A DNA stretch of 32,000 bases from Trichlorobacter lovleyi SZ. Its GTDB lineage: Bacteria; Desulfobacterota; Desulfuromonadia; Geobacterales; Pseudopelobacteraceae. Every line of letters starts with the position of its first letter. The stretch's first letter is position 1. The DNA lies in the NCBI RefSeq assembly GCF_000020385.1, contig NC_010814.1:2460001-2492000 (forward strand). Direction: 5' to 3'. The notes beneath the pieces are model-generated. The model was given only the letters and a program-made list of their open reading frames with translations. It searched no databases and was not told the DNA's origin. Positions 17,867-26,955 of the stretch are shown one piece after another. The translations under genes were made by a program, and so were the position numbers.

Positions 17867-18391
17867 ATGTCATCAATACTGGTTGAATTAACGGCTAATA
17901 TTGTATCTTCGCACGCTGCAACAGTTGAAATGAGTTCCGACGAACTGTTACAAGAGATTCAAAAAGTTTATGCAGCGCTTAAAAACCTTGATTCAGACAA
18001 CGTGATTGAGGAAGGCACGGTTGCAAAGGAAGCTGCACCAGCTATTTCTCCCAAAAAATCAATTCAGAAGGATCAGATCATCTGTCTGATCTGCGGCAAG
18101 GGCGGCTTCAAGACCCTTTCCCGCCACCTGAAGCAGGCTCACGGTCTGAAGGCCAGCGAGTATCGCAAACAGTTTGGCATTGCCAGCGGCACCCCTCTGG
18201 CTGCTAAAAACTATTCTGAAGCCCGGCGTCAGTCAGCTATTAACAACAACCTTGGTGAAAAACTGGCAAAAGGTCGTGCTACCCGCATGGCAAATCTGGC
18301 AGCAAAGAAAGCGACCCTGGAAAAGCCTAAAAAATCTGTTCCGGCAAAGGCGCCAAAGTCTGCTGCTGCTCCCCGTGCAAAAAAGAAATAG
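17867..18391 (+). CDS. MucR/Ros-family zinc-finger transcriptional regulator
   Basis: 174 aa. N-terminus is LTANIVSSHAA. The zinc-finger segment CLICGKGGFKTLSRHLKQAHGLKASEYRKQFGI is diagnostic of ROS/MucR. Has a Lys/Ala-rich tail and GGAGG upstream. Confidence 0.85.
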   Translation: MSSILVELTANIVSSHAATVEMSSDELLQEIQKVYAALKNLDSDNVIEEGTVAKEAAPAISPKKSIQKDQIICLICGKGGFKTLSRHLKQAHGLKASEYRKQFGIASGTPLAAKNYSEARRQSAINNNLGEKLAKGRATRMANLAAKKATLEKPKKSVPAKAPKSAAAPRAKKK

Positions 18392-18412
18392 CCGGTTTGC
18401 CCCATTGACAAA

Positions 18413-18443
18413 AGCCGCCGCTGAAAAGCAGGCGGCTTTTTTT
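18413..18443. terminator. Bidirectional terminator between convergent mucR-like and rsmA genes
   Basis: GCCGCC (18413-18418) pairs with GGCGGC (18431-18436), followed by T7 on the + strand. An A-rich stretch precedes the stem. Confidence 0.65.
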
Positions 18444-19257
18444 ATAGCCCAAGCAGCACCGAAAGGGTTCGTGACAACAGGGCAAACTCTTCAATAGCAA
18501 GGGTCTCACCCCGTCGGCGGCCATCAATGGAACAGGATAGCAGCAACTGTTCAAGCTGCTCCGGCTCTGCCAGACCACCGCTTTTAAGACAGTTCCAGAG
18601 TGTCTTGCGCCGCATGCCAAAGGCAGCTTTAACCAGCCGCTCAAACAATGCCTGGTTACCCACCTCAACCCGTGAAGCAACAAGCGGGGTCAGGCTGATC
18701 ACCACAGAATCCACCTTGGGTGGCGGAAAAAAACAGCCCGGCGGCACCAGAAACTCACGCTTTACCTCAAACCACTGGCGAAACAGCACGGTAAGAATGC
18801 CATAATCACTGCAGTCAGGCTGCGCTGCCAGACGCTCACCCACCTCTTTCTGCAGCATGACCACCAGCCGGGAAAAACGCTGACGTTCTTCAAGAAACCT
18901 GAACAGCACCGGGGTTGAAATATTGTACGGCAGGTTAGCCACGACCTTATACGTGTGACTGCCCAGCAGCTGTTCAAAATCAACTTGCAGGATATCCTGT
19001 TCATGAATCATCACCTGCGGTTGTCCTGCAAACCGTTCACGCAGCAACGCAGCGAGATCACGATCAAACTCTACGGCCACCAGATGTCTGGCTTGTGCAG
19101 CCAGCAGTTCTGTTAATGCCCCCCTGCCCGGCCCAACCTCAAGCACCCGGTCAGTTGGCTGTAGATGCGCTGTTGTCAGGATCTTTCTGATAATATTATG
19201 ATCACTCAGAAAATTCTGGCCCAGGGCCTTGCGGGGACGGGGAAAAGACTGGTTCAT
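18442..19257 (-). CDS. rsmA: 16S rRNA (adenine1518/1519-N6)-dimethyltransferase
   Basis: Motifs ALGQNFLSDHNII and VLEVGPGRGALT. Start set at ATG 19257, which forms an ATGA overlap with the tsaD stop. The tracked ORF begins at an upstream TTG (19272). Confidence 0.9.
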   Translation of the reverse strand: MNQSFPRPRKALGQNFLSDHNIIRKILTTAHLQPTDRVLEVGPGRGALTELLAAQARHLVAVEFDRDLAALLRERFAGQPQVMIHEQDILQVDFEQLLGSHTYKVVANLPYNISTPVLFRFLEERQRFSRLVVMLQKEVGERLAAQPDCSDYGILTVLFRQWFEVKREFLVPPGCFFPPPKVDSVVISLTPLVASRVEVGNQALFERLVKAAFGMRRKTLWNCLKSGGLAEPEQLEQLLLSCSIDGRRRGETLAIEEFALLSRTLSVLLGL

Positions 19258-20282
19258 GGCAGTTGCTCCCAACGTGCCACCTGATCAAGGGGCCAAGTGG
19301 CGGTTGCATCCATGGCAAGGTCATCCTGACATCCGGCTGAGAGATAGGCATCACCCGCCACTGCCAGCATGGCTGCATTGTCACCACACAGAACAGGTGG
19401 CGGTATCTGCAACTCAATCTTAAGCCGGGTTGCCAGCTGCTGCATGGCATGACGCAGACCGCTGTTACAGGCCACACCACCACCCACCACCAGGCGTTGC
19501 AACCCTTCCTGTTTCAAGGCTGCCTCGGTTTTCTTCACCAGAACCTCACAGACCGCGGCCTGAAACGAGGCACAGAGATCATGCAGCTCAGCACCTTCCG
19601 GCACATGGGGCTGTTTCTTCAAGTGAGTCAGTACCGCAGTTTTAAGCCCGCTGAAACTGAAGTTGAGTGATTTGTCATGCAGGAGCGGACGGGGGAATTT
19701 CACTGCTGTGGGACTCCCCTGCTGTGCCAGACGGTCAATCAAGGCACCACCAGGGTAGCCAAGCCCCAGCAGGGTTGCGGTCTTGTCATAGGCCTCACCA
19801 ACCGCATCATCAATGGTACGCCCCAGAATACGATAGCGACCAATACCATCCACCCGATAGAGGTGGGTATGGCCACCGGAAACCACCAGAGCAAGAAACG
19901 GAAATGCCACCGGCTGTTCCAGAAAACCGGCCAGCAGATGGCCCTCAATATGATGTACCCCAACCAGTGGGATCTTGCAGGCCAGGGCCAGGGATTTTGC
20001 CATTGAGACCCCCACCAGCAATGCCCCCAGCAGCCCGGGACCACGGGTTACAGCAATCCCTTCAATCTCGGCCAGCGAAACACCGGCCTCATCAAGGGCC
20101 TGCCGTACAACCGGCGTGATCATCTCCAGATGTTTGCGGGAGGCGATCTCCGGCACCACGCCGCCATACTCGGCATGCACCGCCACCTGGGATGAGACTA
20201 CGCTGGACAGGACCAGACGGCCGTCGCGAACTACTGCGGCGGCCGTCTCATCACAGGATGTTTCAATGGCTAAAAGTACCAT
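19254..20282 (-). CDS. tsaD: tRNA N6-adenosine threonylcarbamoyltransferase
   Basis: 342 aa. Motifs: LLAIETSCDETAAAVV, HHIEGHLL, SGGHTHL, GGVACN. Confidence 0.9.
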   Translation of the reverse strand: MVLLAIETSCDETAAAVVRDGRLVLSSVVSSQVAVHAEYGGVVPEIASRKHLEMITPVVRQALDEAGVSLAEIEGIAVTRGPGLLGALLVGVSMAKSLALACKIPLVGVHHIEGHLLAGFLEQPVAFPFLALVVSGGHTHLYRVDGIGRYRILGRTIDDAVGEAYDKTATLLGLGYPGGALIDRLAQQGSPTAVKFPRPLLHDKSLNFSFSGLKTAVLTHLKKQPHVPEGAELHDLCASFQAAVCEVLVKKTEAALKQEGLQRLVVGGGVACNSGLRHAMQQLATRLKIELQIPPPVLCGDNAAMLAVAGDAYLSAGCQDDLAMDATATWPLDQVARWEQLP

Positions 20283-20366
20283 ATCAGCTCAATTTCTTTC
20301 CAATTCAGGAAACATGACATTCCCGCAAGGTCTCAGACCAGCACCGGGTTGCGAAAAAACATGTTT

Positions 20367-21686
20367 CTACAGCAGGTTGGCAGCCAATTCAGCCAGTTCT
20401 GACCGTTCACCTCTGGTCAGGGTCACATGGGCCGAGATCCGCTCGTTCTTAAAGCGCTCCACCAGGTAGGACAGGCCGTTACTGGAGGAATCCACATAGG
20501 GGTTGTCAATCTGGTACGGGTCACCGGTCAGGATGATCTTGGTCCCCTCTCCGGCCCGCGTCACAATGGTCTTGATCTCATGGGGGGTCAGGTTCTGGGC
20601 CTCGTCCACGATCAGGTACTGGTTTGGAATCGAACGGCCACGGATATAGGTCAGCGGCTCAATATCCAGCAGTCCCATAGCCATCAGCTCCTTGTAGCCT
20701 TTGTTGCTGTGGCGCTTTTCAGACTCATGGCCGGAGATCAGCAGTTCAACGTTGTCAAAGATCGGCTGCATCCAGGGAGTCAGCTTCTCTTCAATATCGC
20801 CGGGCAGAAAGCCCAGGTCCTTGCCCATCGGAAAGACCGGCCGGGAAACCAGCAGACGGTTGTAGACATTCTCCTCTGCCACCTTTTGCAGACCTGCTGC
20901 AATGGCCATCAGGGTCTTACCGGTACCGGCCTTGCCCACCAGGCTGACCAGCTTGATGTTGTCATCCACCAAGGCATCCAGAGCAAACTGCTGCTCACGG
21001 TTACGGGCATGGATGCTCCAGACCCCCTCCTTGGGTACTTTGCGGACCGGCACCACCTTGCCGGTGGCTGCATCAAAACGGCAGAGCGCCGTGTGGGAGG
21101 GATTACCGGTGTCGACCAGGGTGGCATACTCGTTGGGAAGCAGCCCTTCCGGAGCCTCAAGCCAGCCCTGACCGTAGAAGCGGTCAATGGAATCAGATCC
21201 CATATCAATAGTACGGGCACCGGCATACAGCTCCTGGATGTCAACCTTGTCGGACTCATAATCCTCTGCCACCAGACCGATGGCATCCGCCTTGATCCGC
21301 AGGTTGGTATCCTTGGTTACAAAGATAACGGTCTCATCGGGAAAGCGTTCATGGGTGACCTGGGCCACGGCCAGAATCCGGTTATCGCCCTTGTCATCCC
21401 GCAGATCCTTGGGCATCCGGTTCAAAGCCTGCTCTTCGCACAGCTCCACCCTCAGCAGACCGCCACCGGGCAGGCTGACGCCGCTGGAAAGCGATCCCTT
21501 TTCGCGCAACATATCCAGGACCCGTGAGATGGAACGGGCATTGCGCCCGGTTTCATTCATATCTTTCTTGAAACGGTCTATCTCTTCAATCACCGTAATC
21601 GGTATGATGATGGTGTTATCTTCGAACTTGAACAGCGCTTGTGGATCATGGAGGAGTACGTTGGTGTCGAGAATAAAGAATTTCAT
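20367..21686 (-). CDS. PhoH2-type protein (N-terminal PIN domain fused to a PhoH-like ATPase)
   Basis: 439 aa. PIN start is FILDTNVLLHDP. PhoH Walker A is GKAGTGKT, then IVDEAQNLTPHE and GDPYQID. Confidence 0.85.
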   Translation of the reverse strand: MKFFILDTNVLLHDPQALFKFEDNTIIIPITVIEEIDRFKKDMNETGRNARSISRVLDMLREKGSLSSGVSLPGGGLLRVELCEEQALNRMPKDLRDDKGDNRILAVAQVTHERFPDETVIFVTKDTNLRIKADAIGLVAEDYESDKVDIQELYAGARTIDMGSDSIDRFYGQGWLEAPEGLLPNEYATLVDTGNPSHTALCRFDAATGKVVPVRKVPKEGVWSIHARNREQQFALDALVDDNIKLVSLVGKAGTGKTLMAIAAGLQKVAEENVYNRLLVSRPVFPMGKDLGFLPGDIEEKLTPWMQPIFDNVELLISGHESEKRHSNKGYKELMAMGLLDIEPLTYIRGRSIPNQYLIVDEAQNLTPHEIKTIVTRAGEGTKIILTGDPYQIDNPYVDSSSNGLSYLVERFKNERISAHVTLTRGERSELAELAANLL

Positions 21687-22834
21687 GAATCGCCTTTCTG
21701 GGTAATTGAGATAAGAGCTTCACAGCAGGTGTCAATATCAGCAAGGGTGTTAAACCAGCCCGGGCTTATACGCAGGGTTCCGGCCGGGTAGCTGCCGATC
21801 GCACGGTGGGCACGGGGGGCGCAATGCAGACCGGCCCGAACCGCAATACCATACTCGCGATCGAGGCAAAAGGCCAGAATTGAGGGATCCCAGCCCTCGA
21901 CTGTCAGGGAAAGCAGACCAGAACGCTGTTCCGGCTGCTGCGGCCCGAACAGCCTGAAGCCGGTCAGAGCTTCAAGCCGTTGCCGCAGGTGTTCCGTCAA
22001 CTGCTGCTCATGCTGTCCGATTCCGGCAACACCGGTTTCAAGCAGAAATGCCAGACCGGCTCCCAATCCGGCAATACCGGGCAGATTATGGGTGCCGGCC
22101 TCAAACCCCTCAGGAAAACTGTCCGGTTGATGGTCCTGATCAGAGCTGCTGCCGGTCCCCCCGGCGATGAGCGGTCGCAGTTGCACGCCGGGGGCAACGG
22201 CCAGCAAGCCGGTCCCCTGCGGTCCAAGCAGCCCTTTATGGCCCGGCACCGCCAACAGATCAATCCCCATGGCCTGCATATCAATCGGAATAGTTCCGGC
22301 AGACTGGGCAGCATCAAGCAGCAGCAGCGCACCGGCTTCGCGGGCAATCACGGCGGCCTGCTGTATATCCTGAATACCGCCGGTAACATTGGAGACATGG
22401 GCCAGTGCAACCATCCTGGTATTCTTGCGCAGCGCCAGCCTGATCTGGTCAGGGTCCACCAGCCCCTGTGCATCAGCCGGTACAACCGTCAGCTCAACTC
22501 CCTGTTTTTCAAGCCTGAACAGCGGACGCAGCAGGGAGTTATGCTCCATGCAACTGGTAATTACGTGGTCACCCGGCAATAGTGTCCCCATGGTTGCCAG
22601 ATTCAGGGCCATGGTGGCATTGCCGGTAAATACGACGCGGGAGGAATCGGCACAGTTGAAAAGCCGTGCAGCAGCCTCGCGGGTATCCAGCACCAGACGG
22701 GAGGCATCCAATGCCCGGCCATAACCGCCCCTGCCGGGAGACGCCCCGACCTGTTGCATCGCCTGCAGGGCCGCCTGATAGACCTGATCAGGCTTGGGAA
22801 AGCTGGTGGCTGCGTTATCAAAATAGATAGACAT
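21683..22834 (-). CDS. Class-V aminotransferase, cysteine desulfurase family
   Basis: 383 aa. PLP-lysine context is VPGHKGLLGP, with RAGLHCAP near the C-terminus. Forms an ATGA overlap with the phoH2 start. Confidence 0.75.
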   Translation of the reverse strand: MSIYFDNAATSFPKPDQVYQAALQAMQQVGASPGRGGYGRALDASRLVLDTREAAARLFNCADSSRVVFTGNATMALNLATMGTLLPGDHVITSCMEHNSLLRPLFRLEKQGVELTVVPADAQGLVDPDQIRLALRKNTRMVALAHVSNVTGGIQDIQQAAVIAREAGALLLLDAAQSAGTIPIDMQAMGIDLLAVPGHKGLLGPQGTGLLAVAPGVQLRPLIAGGTGSSSDQDHQPDSFPEGFEAGTHNLPGIAGLGAGLAFLLETGVAGIGQHEQQLTEHLRQRLEALTGFRLFGPQQPEQRSGLLSLTVEGWDPSILAFCLDREYGIAVRAGLHCAPRAHRAIGSYPAGTLRISPGWFNTLADIDTCCEALISITQKGDS

Positions 22835-22847
22835 AAATATAGACCGC

Positions 22848-24341
22848 TTAAGGAGCCGTTACCGGACGTTCTTTCAGAAAGGGAACAAACATGACCAATG
22901 CAGTACCCTGCTTCCGCTCCGGGTCAAGGATACCGGCTGCAATCCGGTTTTCATCGGCACTGCCCCACCAATTGAGCAGGGCTGCAAACGGTTCGCTGCC
23001 ACGGTTATGCAGATTGCCTGCCCTGTTATCGCCAAACACAGAGCCGGCAACACTGCCGCGGGCGTTTTCAAGCAGGAGCCCAACTCCGCTGTTCTGTATG
23101 AAGGAGGAACTGTTGATGCGTATTCTCACCCCCACCAGTTCAGCTCCGCTTTCACGGTTCTGGGAAAAGCGGCAGAGAAAGAGCTGGCCGTCTCCCCCGG
23201 TCAACCTCAGTCCGCTCCTGTTCTCGGCAAACAGGCTACTGGTCAGGCGAAAACGGCACTGATCCGCCGCAACCCCTTCCTGGGAATTACCCAGCACCTT
23301 GACACCGGACAGGGTAAACGACGAATGTTGCGCCGCGATCCCCTGACGATTCTCCCGCACCGTACTGTCACGCAGGTCAAGTTCACTGTCGGAAAGTCTG
23401 CACCCCCTGTCACAGCGGCTGATGGTGCAGCCCTGCAAACCGGCTTCGGAATCATACAGGGCAACACCGGTCCGGGATTTGGAAACCACGATACCGCGCC
23501 CCGAAAAACGGGAAAAATGCGCTTCAATACCGGTCTGGGCCCCTTCAATACGGCAATGGTCAAAGCTGTTCTTTTTCTCACTGTTTAACAGCACCACGCC
23601 CCCCCAGTCACCGGCCAGCGGATTACTCAGGGCGGGCGCGAAGACAACCGGCTGCTGCAGCGTGCCGTTGACCACAATCCGCCCCTGCACCACCAGGCGC
23701 GAAAGCTCTGCTGAACCGGGTCCGGGAGCAAACCGGACCTGGGTGCCGGGGTCAATCCGCAAGGTGGCCTGGGGTGCAATTACCAGTGCCCCCCTGACCA
23801 GAACCGTGCCACGCAGCACCATATCCTCTGCAACGGTCTTGTTGACCAGCACGGTATCCGCCTTTTCCAACGCAGTACGAATCGGCTTTGACAGATCAGG
23901 CTTGGGGGGATCGGGCTGTGGTTTGACGGACAGGGGATCGTTCGTGACAGGTGTCCCACTTGGCAGCAGACGGCTGTCAAGCGGCCCCTGCTTTGCTGTT
24001 TTCTGTTGAGCCGGCTGTTCAGTCCCCTGCGGCAACGGTTTCGCTGCAGGGGGTGGTGGCTGGGGAACTGTCATGGAGACGGTCACCGTCTGCCCTTTAA
24101 GCGGGGCGTCCTGGGCATGAAACAGTTGCTGGCAACCGGCCTGAGTCGCAACCAGACCAACAAGCAATACAAAACGGCGCAGGAATGCCGGAGTCGCGTG
24201 ACCGCTTTTCAAGATGGACGGCACTGCCGGCAAAATATTCAAATTATTAAATATACGAATAATGTTCATAGCATAGTATCCAGAGAGCGTAATTTTTAAA
24301 AACCTTCCTGTATTCAAAACTTTGCTGATCACACCAAACAT
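22848..24341 (-). CDS. Right-handed parallel beta-helix repeat lipoprotein (NosD/CASH-like); start codon uncertain
   Basis: Lipoprotein-like signal is FLRRFVLLVGLVATQAGC. A Pro-rich linker (PQPPPPAAKPLP...PDPPKPD) is followed by repeated ~23-aa units (CRIEGAQTGIEA, SKSRTGVALYDS, ISRCDRGCRL, VRENRQGIAA, NSQEGVAA, ENRSGLRL, NRESGAEL, NSGVGLLL). Neither ATG 24341 nor ATG 24269 has an obvious SD. Confidence 0.7.
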   Translation of the reverse strand: MFGVISKVLNTGRFLKITLSGYYAMNIIRIFNNLNILPAVPSILKSGHATPAFLRRFVLLVGLVATQAGCQQLFHAQDAPLKGQTVTVSMTVPQPPPPAAKPLPQGTEQPAQQKTAKQGPLDSRLLPSGTPVTNDPLSVKPQPDPPKPDLSKPIRTALEKADTVLVNKTVAEDMVLRGTVLVRGALVIAPQATLRIDPGTQVRFAPGPGSAELSRLVVQGRIVVNGTLQQPVVFAPALSNPLAGDWGGVVLLNSEKKNSFDHCRIEGAQTGIEAHFSRFSGRGIVVSKSRTGVALYDSEAGLQGCTISRCDRGCRLSDSELDLRDSTVRENRQGIAAQHSSFTLSGVKVLGNSQEGVAADQCRFRLTSSLFAENRSGLRLTGGDGQLFLCRFSQNRESGAELVGVRIRINSSSFIQNSGVGLLLENARGSVAGSVFGDNRAGNLHNRGSEPFAALLNWWGSADENRIAAGILDPERKQGTALVMFVPFLKERPVTAP

Positions 24342-24357
24342 ATCTTAACATTTGCTG

Positions 24358-24412
24358 TTGACAGCACATATATGTTGTGGTTCTATCACCACGTCAGCAC
24401 AAAATGTTGTGA
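24358..24412 (+). promoter_or_regulatory. Putative nrdJ promoter overlapped by two NrdR-box-like palindromes
   Basis: TTGACA lies at 24358-24363 and a weak -10, TTCTAT, at 24381-24386. Box 1 is GCACATATATGTTGTG (24364-24379) and box 2 is GCACAAAATGTTGTGA (24397-24412). The shared right halves ATGTTGTG are 32 bp apart. Box 2 matches about 12/16 of the recalled consensus acaCwAtATaTwGtgt. Box 1 has one extra nt between its half-sites. Confidence 0.5.
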
Positions 24413-24504
24413 TCAGCCCGTAACCGTCTGCACCACCTTCATCAGCATTTCCCTGTACCACGTTATAAAGCATATAGGAACCATCTGACAAGGAGAACAC
24501 AACC

Positions 24505-26742
24505 ATGCCCGCACAAGCGTCTGCTGCCGGTCAACCTGCGCTCACCCCCAACGCCCTTACCGTCCTTGAAAAACGCTACCTCAAACGGGATACCAGCGGC
24601 AAACCGCTTGAGACCCCTGCTGATATGTTCCGCAGGGTTGCAGAGACCATTGCCGAGCCTGACAAAAAATTTGACAAAAAGGCCGATGTCAAAAAACTTG
24701 CGGACCGCTTCTACGAAATGATTGTCAGCTTTGATTTTCTGCCCAACTCCCCCACCCTGATGAATGCAGGCCGTGAACTGGGCCAGCTTTCGGCCTGCTT
24801 CGTGCTTCCGGTGGGCGACTCAATTGAAGAGATCTTTGATGCGGTCAAGTTCACCGCCATGATCCACAAATCAGGCGGCGGCACCGGTTTCTCCTTCTCC
24901 CGTCTGCGTCCGGCCAACGATCTGGTCAAGACCACCACCGGTGTCTCCAGCGGCCCGATCTCCTTTATGCGGGTCTTTGATACCGCCACTGAAACCATCA
25001 AACAGGGCGGCACCCGTCGTGGCGCCAATATGGGTATCCTGCGGGTTGATCACCCCAACATCATGGATTTCATCATGTGCAAGGCCGATCAGAAGCTGTT
25101 TAACAACTTCAACATCTCGGTCGGCCTGACAGAAAAATTCATGGAAGCGGTTGAGCGTGACGAAGAGTACGATCTGCTCAACCCCCGTGACAAAAGCAAG
25201 ATGGGTACCCTGAATGCCCGTAAGGTGTTCCAGCGGATCGTCAACCAGGCCTGGGAAAACGGCGAACCGGGCATCATCTTCCTTGATCGGCTGAACCGTG
25301 ATAACCCGACTCCCCATGTCGGCGAGATCGAATCAACCAACCCCTGCGGTGAGCAGCCGCTGCTGCCCTATGAATCCTGCAACCTGGGCTCCATCAACCT
25401 GGGACGGTTTGTCAGCGAAGGGGCGATTGACTGGAGCCGCCTGAAAGGGGTTATCCATGACGCGGTCCACTTCCTGGACAACGTGATCGAGGCCAACAAA
25501 TACCCGCTGCAGCAGATCCACGACATGACCCACTCAAACCGCAAGATCGGTCTGGGGGTCATGGGCTGGGCAGACATGCTGATCCTGCTGGGTATACCTT
25601 ACAATTCAGACGAAGCGGTAAAACTGGGCAAGAAGGTCATGCAGTTCATCAACGATGAAGGCCATGCCGCCTCGCGTGAACTGGGCCAGAAGCGCGGTTC
25701 GTTCCCCAACTTTACCGGCTCAACCTTTGACAAAAAAGGTGCCCTGCCGCAGCGGAACGCCACCGTCACCACCATCGCCCCCACCGGCACCATCTCCATG
25801 ATCGCCAACGCCTCTTCCGGCGTAGAACCGCTCTTTGCCATCTCCTACGTCAAGAACGTCATGGACGGCACCAAACTGGTGGAGGTCAACCCCACCTTTG
25901 AACAACTGGCCAAAGAGCGCGGTTTCTATTCAGCAGAGCTGATGGAGAAGATTGCAGAACATGGCAGCGTACATGATCTGGACGAGGTTCCTGCCGACGT
26001 CCGCCGGGTTTTTGTCACGGCCCATGACATCACCCCGGAAGACCATATCCAGATGCAGGCCGCCTTCCAGTACCACACCGACAACGCCGTATCCAAAACG
26101 GTCAACTTCCCCAATACCGCCACCATTGAAGATGTTGAAAACGTCTACATGCTGGCCTACAAGACCGGCTGCAAAGGGGTCACCATCTACCGTGACGGCT
26201 CCCGCGACGAGCAGGTTCTCTCCACCACCAGGAAAGAAGAAAAAGCCGCCGTTGCTGCTATTGGAACCGAAGATGACAAACACGCCATCAAGCGTGAACG
26301 TCCCAAGGCGTTGAAAGGCTGGACCTACCAGATGCAGACCGGCTGCGGCCCGCTCTATATCACCGTCAACGAAGACAAGAACGGCCTGTTTGAACTGTTC
26401 ACCACCATGGGCAAGGCCGGTGGTTGCGCGGCATCACAATCAGAGGCGATCGGACGGATGGTCTCACTGGCATGGCGCAGCGGCATCCAGGCCCGCCAAG
26501 TCATCAAGCAACTGCTGGGCATCTCCTGCCACTGTCCTTCCGGCTATGGCGAAAACCGGGTACTCTCCTGCGCCGACGCTGTGGCCAAGGCAATTCAGGC
26601 CCACATGCTTGAAAACGGCTACGACCTGAATGCAGAAGCGGCCCAGCATGAGCGTGGCGCCTGCCCTGAGTGCGGCGGCATAGTCGAGCACGAAGGCGGC
26701 TGCATGGTCTGCCATGTCTGCGGCTATTCAGAGTGTGCCTAA
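24505..26742 (+). CDS. nrdJ: Adenosylcobalamin-dependent (class II) ribonucleoside-diphosphate reductase
   Basis: 745 aa. N-terminus LTVLEKRYLKRD, SPTLMNAG, active-site TNPCGEQPLLPYESCNLGSINL, and a C-terminal Cys cluster CPECGGIVEHEGGCMVCHVCGYSEC. AAGGAGAA lies upstream. Confidence 0.9.
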   Translation: MPAQASAAGQPALTPNALTVLEKRYLKRDTSGKPLETPADMFRRVAETIAEPDKKFDKKADVKKLADRFYEMIVSFDFLPNSPTLMNAGRELGQLSACFVLPVGDSIEEIFDAVKFTAMIHKSGGGTGFSFSRLRPANDLVKTTTGVSSGPISFMRVFDTATETIKQGGTRRGANMGILRVDHPNIMDFIMCKADQKLFNNFNISVGLTEKFMEAVERDEEYDLLNPRDKSKMGTLNARKVFQRIVNQAWENGEPGIIFLDRLNRDNPTPHVGEIESTNPCGEQPLLPYESCNLGSINLGRFVSEGAIDWSRLKGVIHDAVHFLDNVIEANKYPLQQIHDMTHSNRKIGLGVMGWADMLILLGIPYNSDEAVKLGKKVMQFINDEGHAASRELGQKRGSFPNFTGSTFDKKGALPQRNATVTTIAPTGTISMIANASSGVEPLFAISYVKNVMDGTKLVEVNPTFEQLAKERGFYSAELMEKIAEHGSVHDLDEVPADVRRVFVTAHDITPEDHIQMQAAFQYHTDNAVSKTVNFPNTATIEDVENVYMLAYKTGCKGVTIYRDGSRDEQVLSTTRKEEKAAVAAIGTEDDKHAIKRERPKALKGWTYQMQTGCGPLYITVNEDKNGLFELFTTMGKAGGCAASQSEAIGRMVSLAWRSGIQARQVIKQLLGISCHCPSGYGENRVLSCADAVAKAIQAHMLENGYDLNAEAAQHERGACPECGGIVEHEGGCMVCHVCGYSECA

Positions 26743-26749
26743 CTAGAGA

Positions 26750-26779
26750 TTGACAAGGCGGAGCACCTTTCGCTATAAA
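26750..26779 (+). promoter_or_regulatory. Near-consensus sigma-70 promoter for tRNA-Gly
   Basis: TTGACA (26750-26755), 18-nt spacer, TATAAA (26774-26779). The predicted TSS is a few nt upstream of the mature tRNA 5' end at 26794. Confidence 0.55.
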
Positions 26780-26793
26780 AGGTGCTCCATTGA

Positions 26794-26868
<75 letters not shown>

Positions 26869-26877
26869 TACAAATAC

Positions 26878-26904
26878 AAGGAATCCCTAGGGATTCCTTT
26901 TTTT
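26878..26904 (+). terminator. Rho-independent terminator after tRNA-Gly
   Basis: AAGGAATCCC (26878-26887) pairs with GGGATTCCTT (26890-26899), followed by a T-run to 26904. Confidence 0.7.
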
Positions 26905-26955
26905 GTACGCTTTTTTTTGACCATTTTCAGCCTCATTTTGGTCAAAACGGGCGCT

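Noticed and set aside
24342-24504. Cobalamin riboswitch upstream of the B12-dependent nrdJ
   Set aside because: The leader is only about 110 nt and I could not find a B12-box-like core or the multi-stem architecture. NrdR-type boxes explain the conserved-looking elements.
26904-26922. TGTACGC-T8-GACC next to the tRNA/int junction, resembling a collapsed hairpin unit (TGTACGC...ACGCTTTTCTGACC) and hinting at integrase arm-type sites
   Set aside because: The contiguous matches are only 7-8 nt, which is expected by chance in 64 kb of two-strand sequence. The longer match was constructed post hoc. Noted only as something to re-examine if the array turns out to be att-related.
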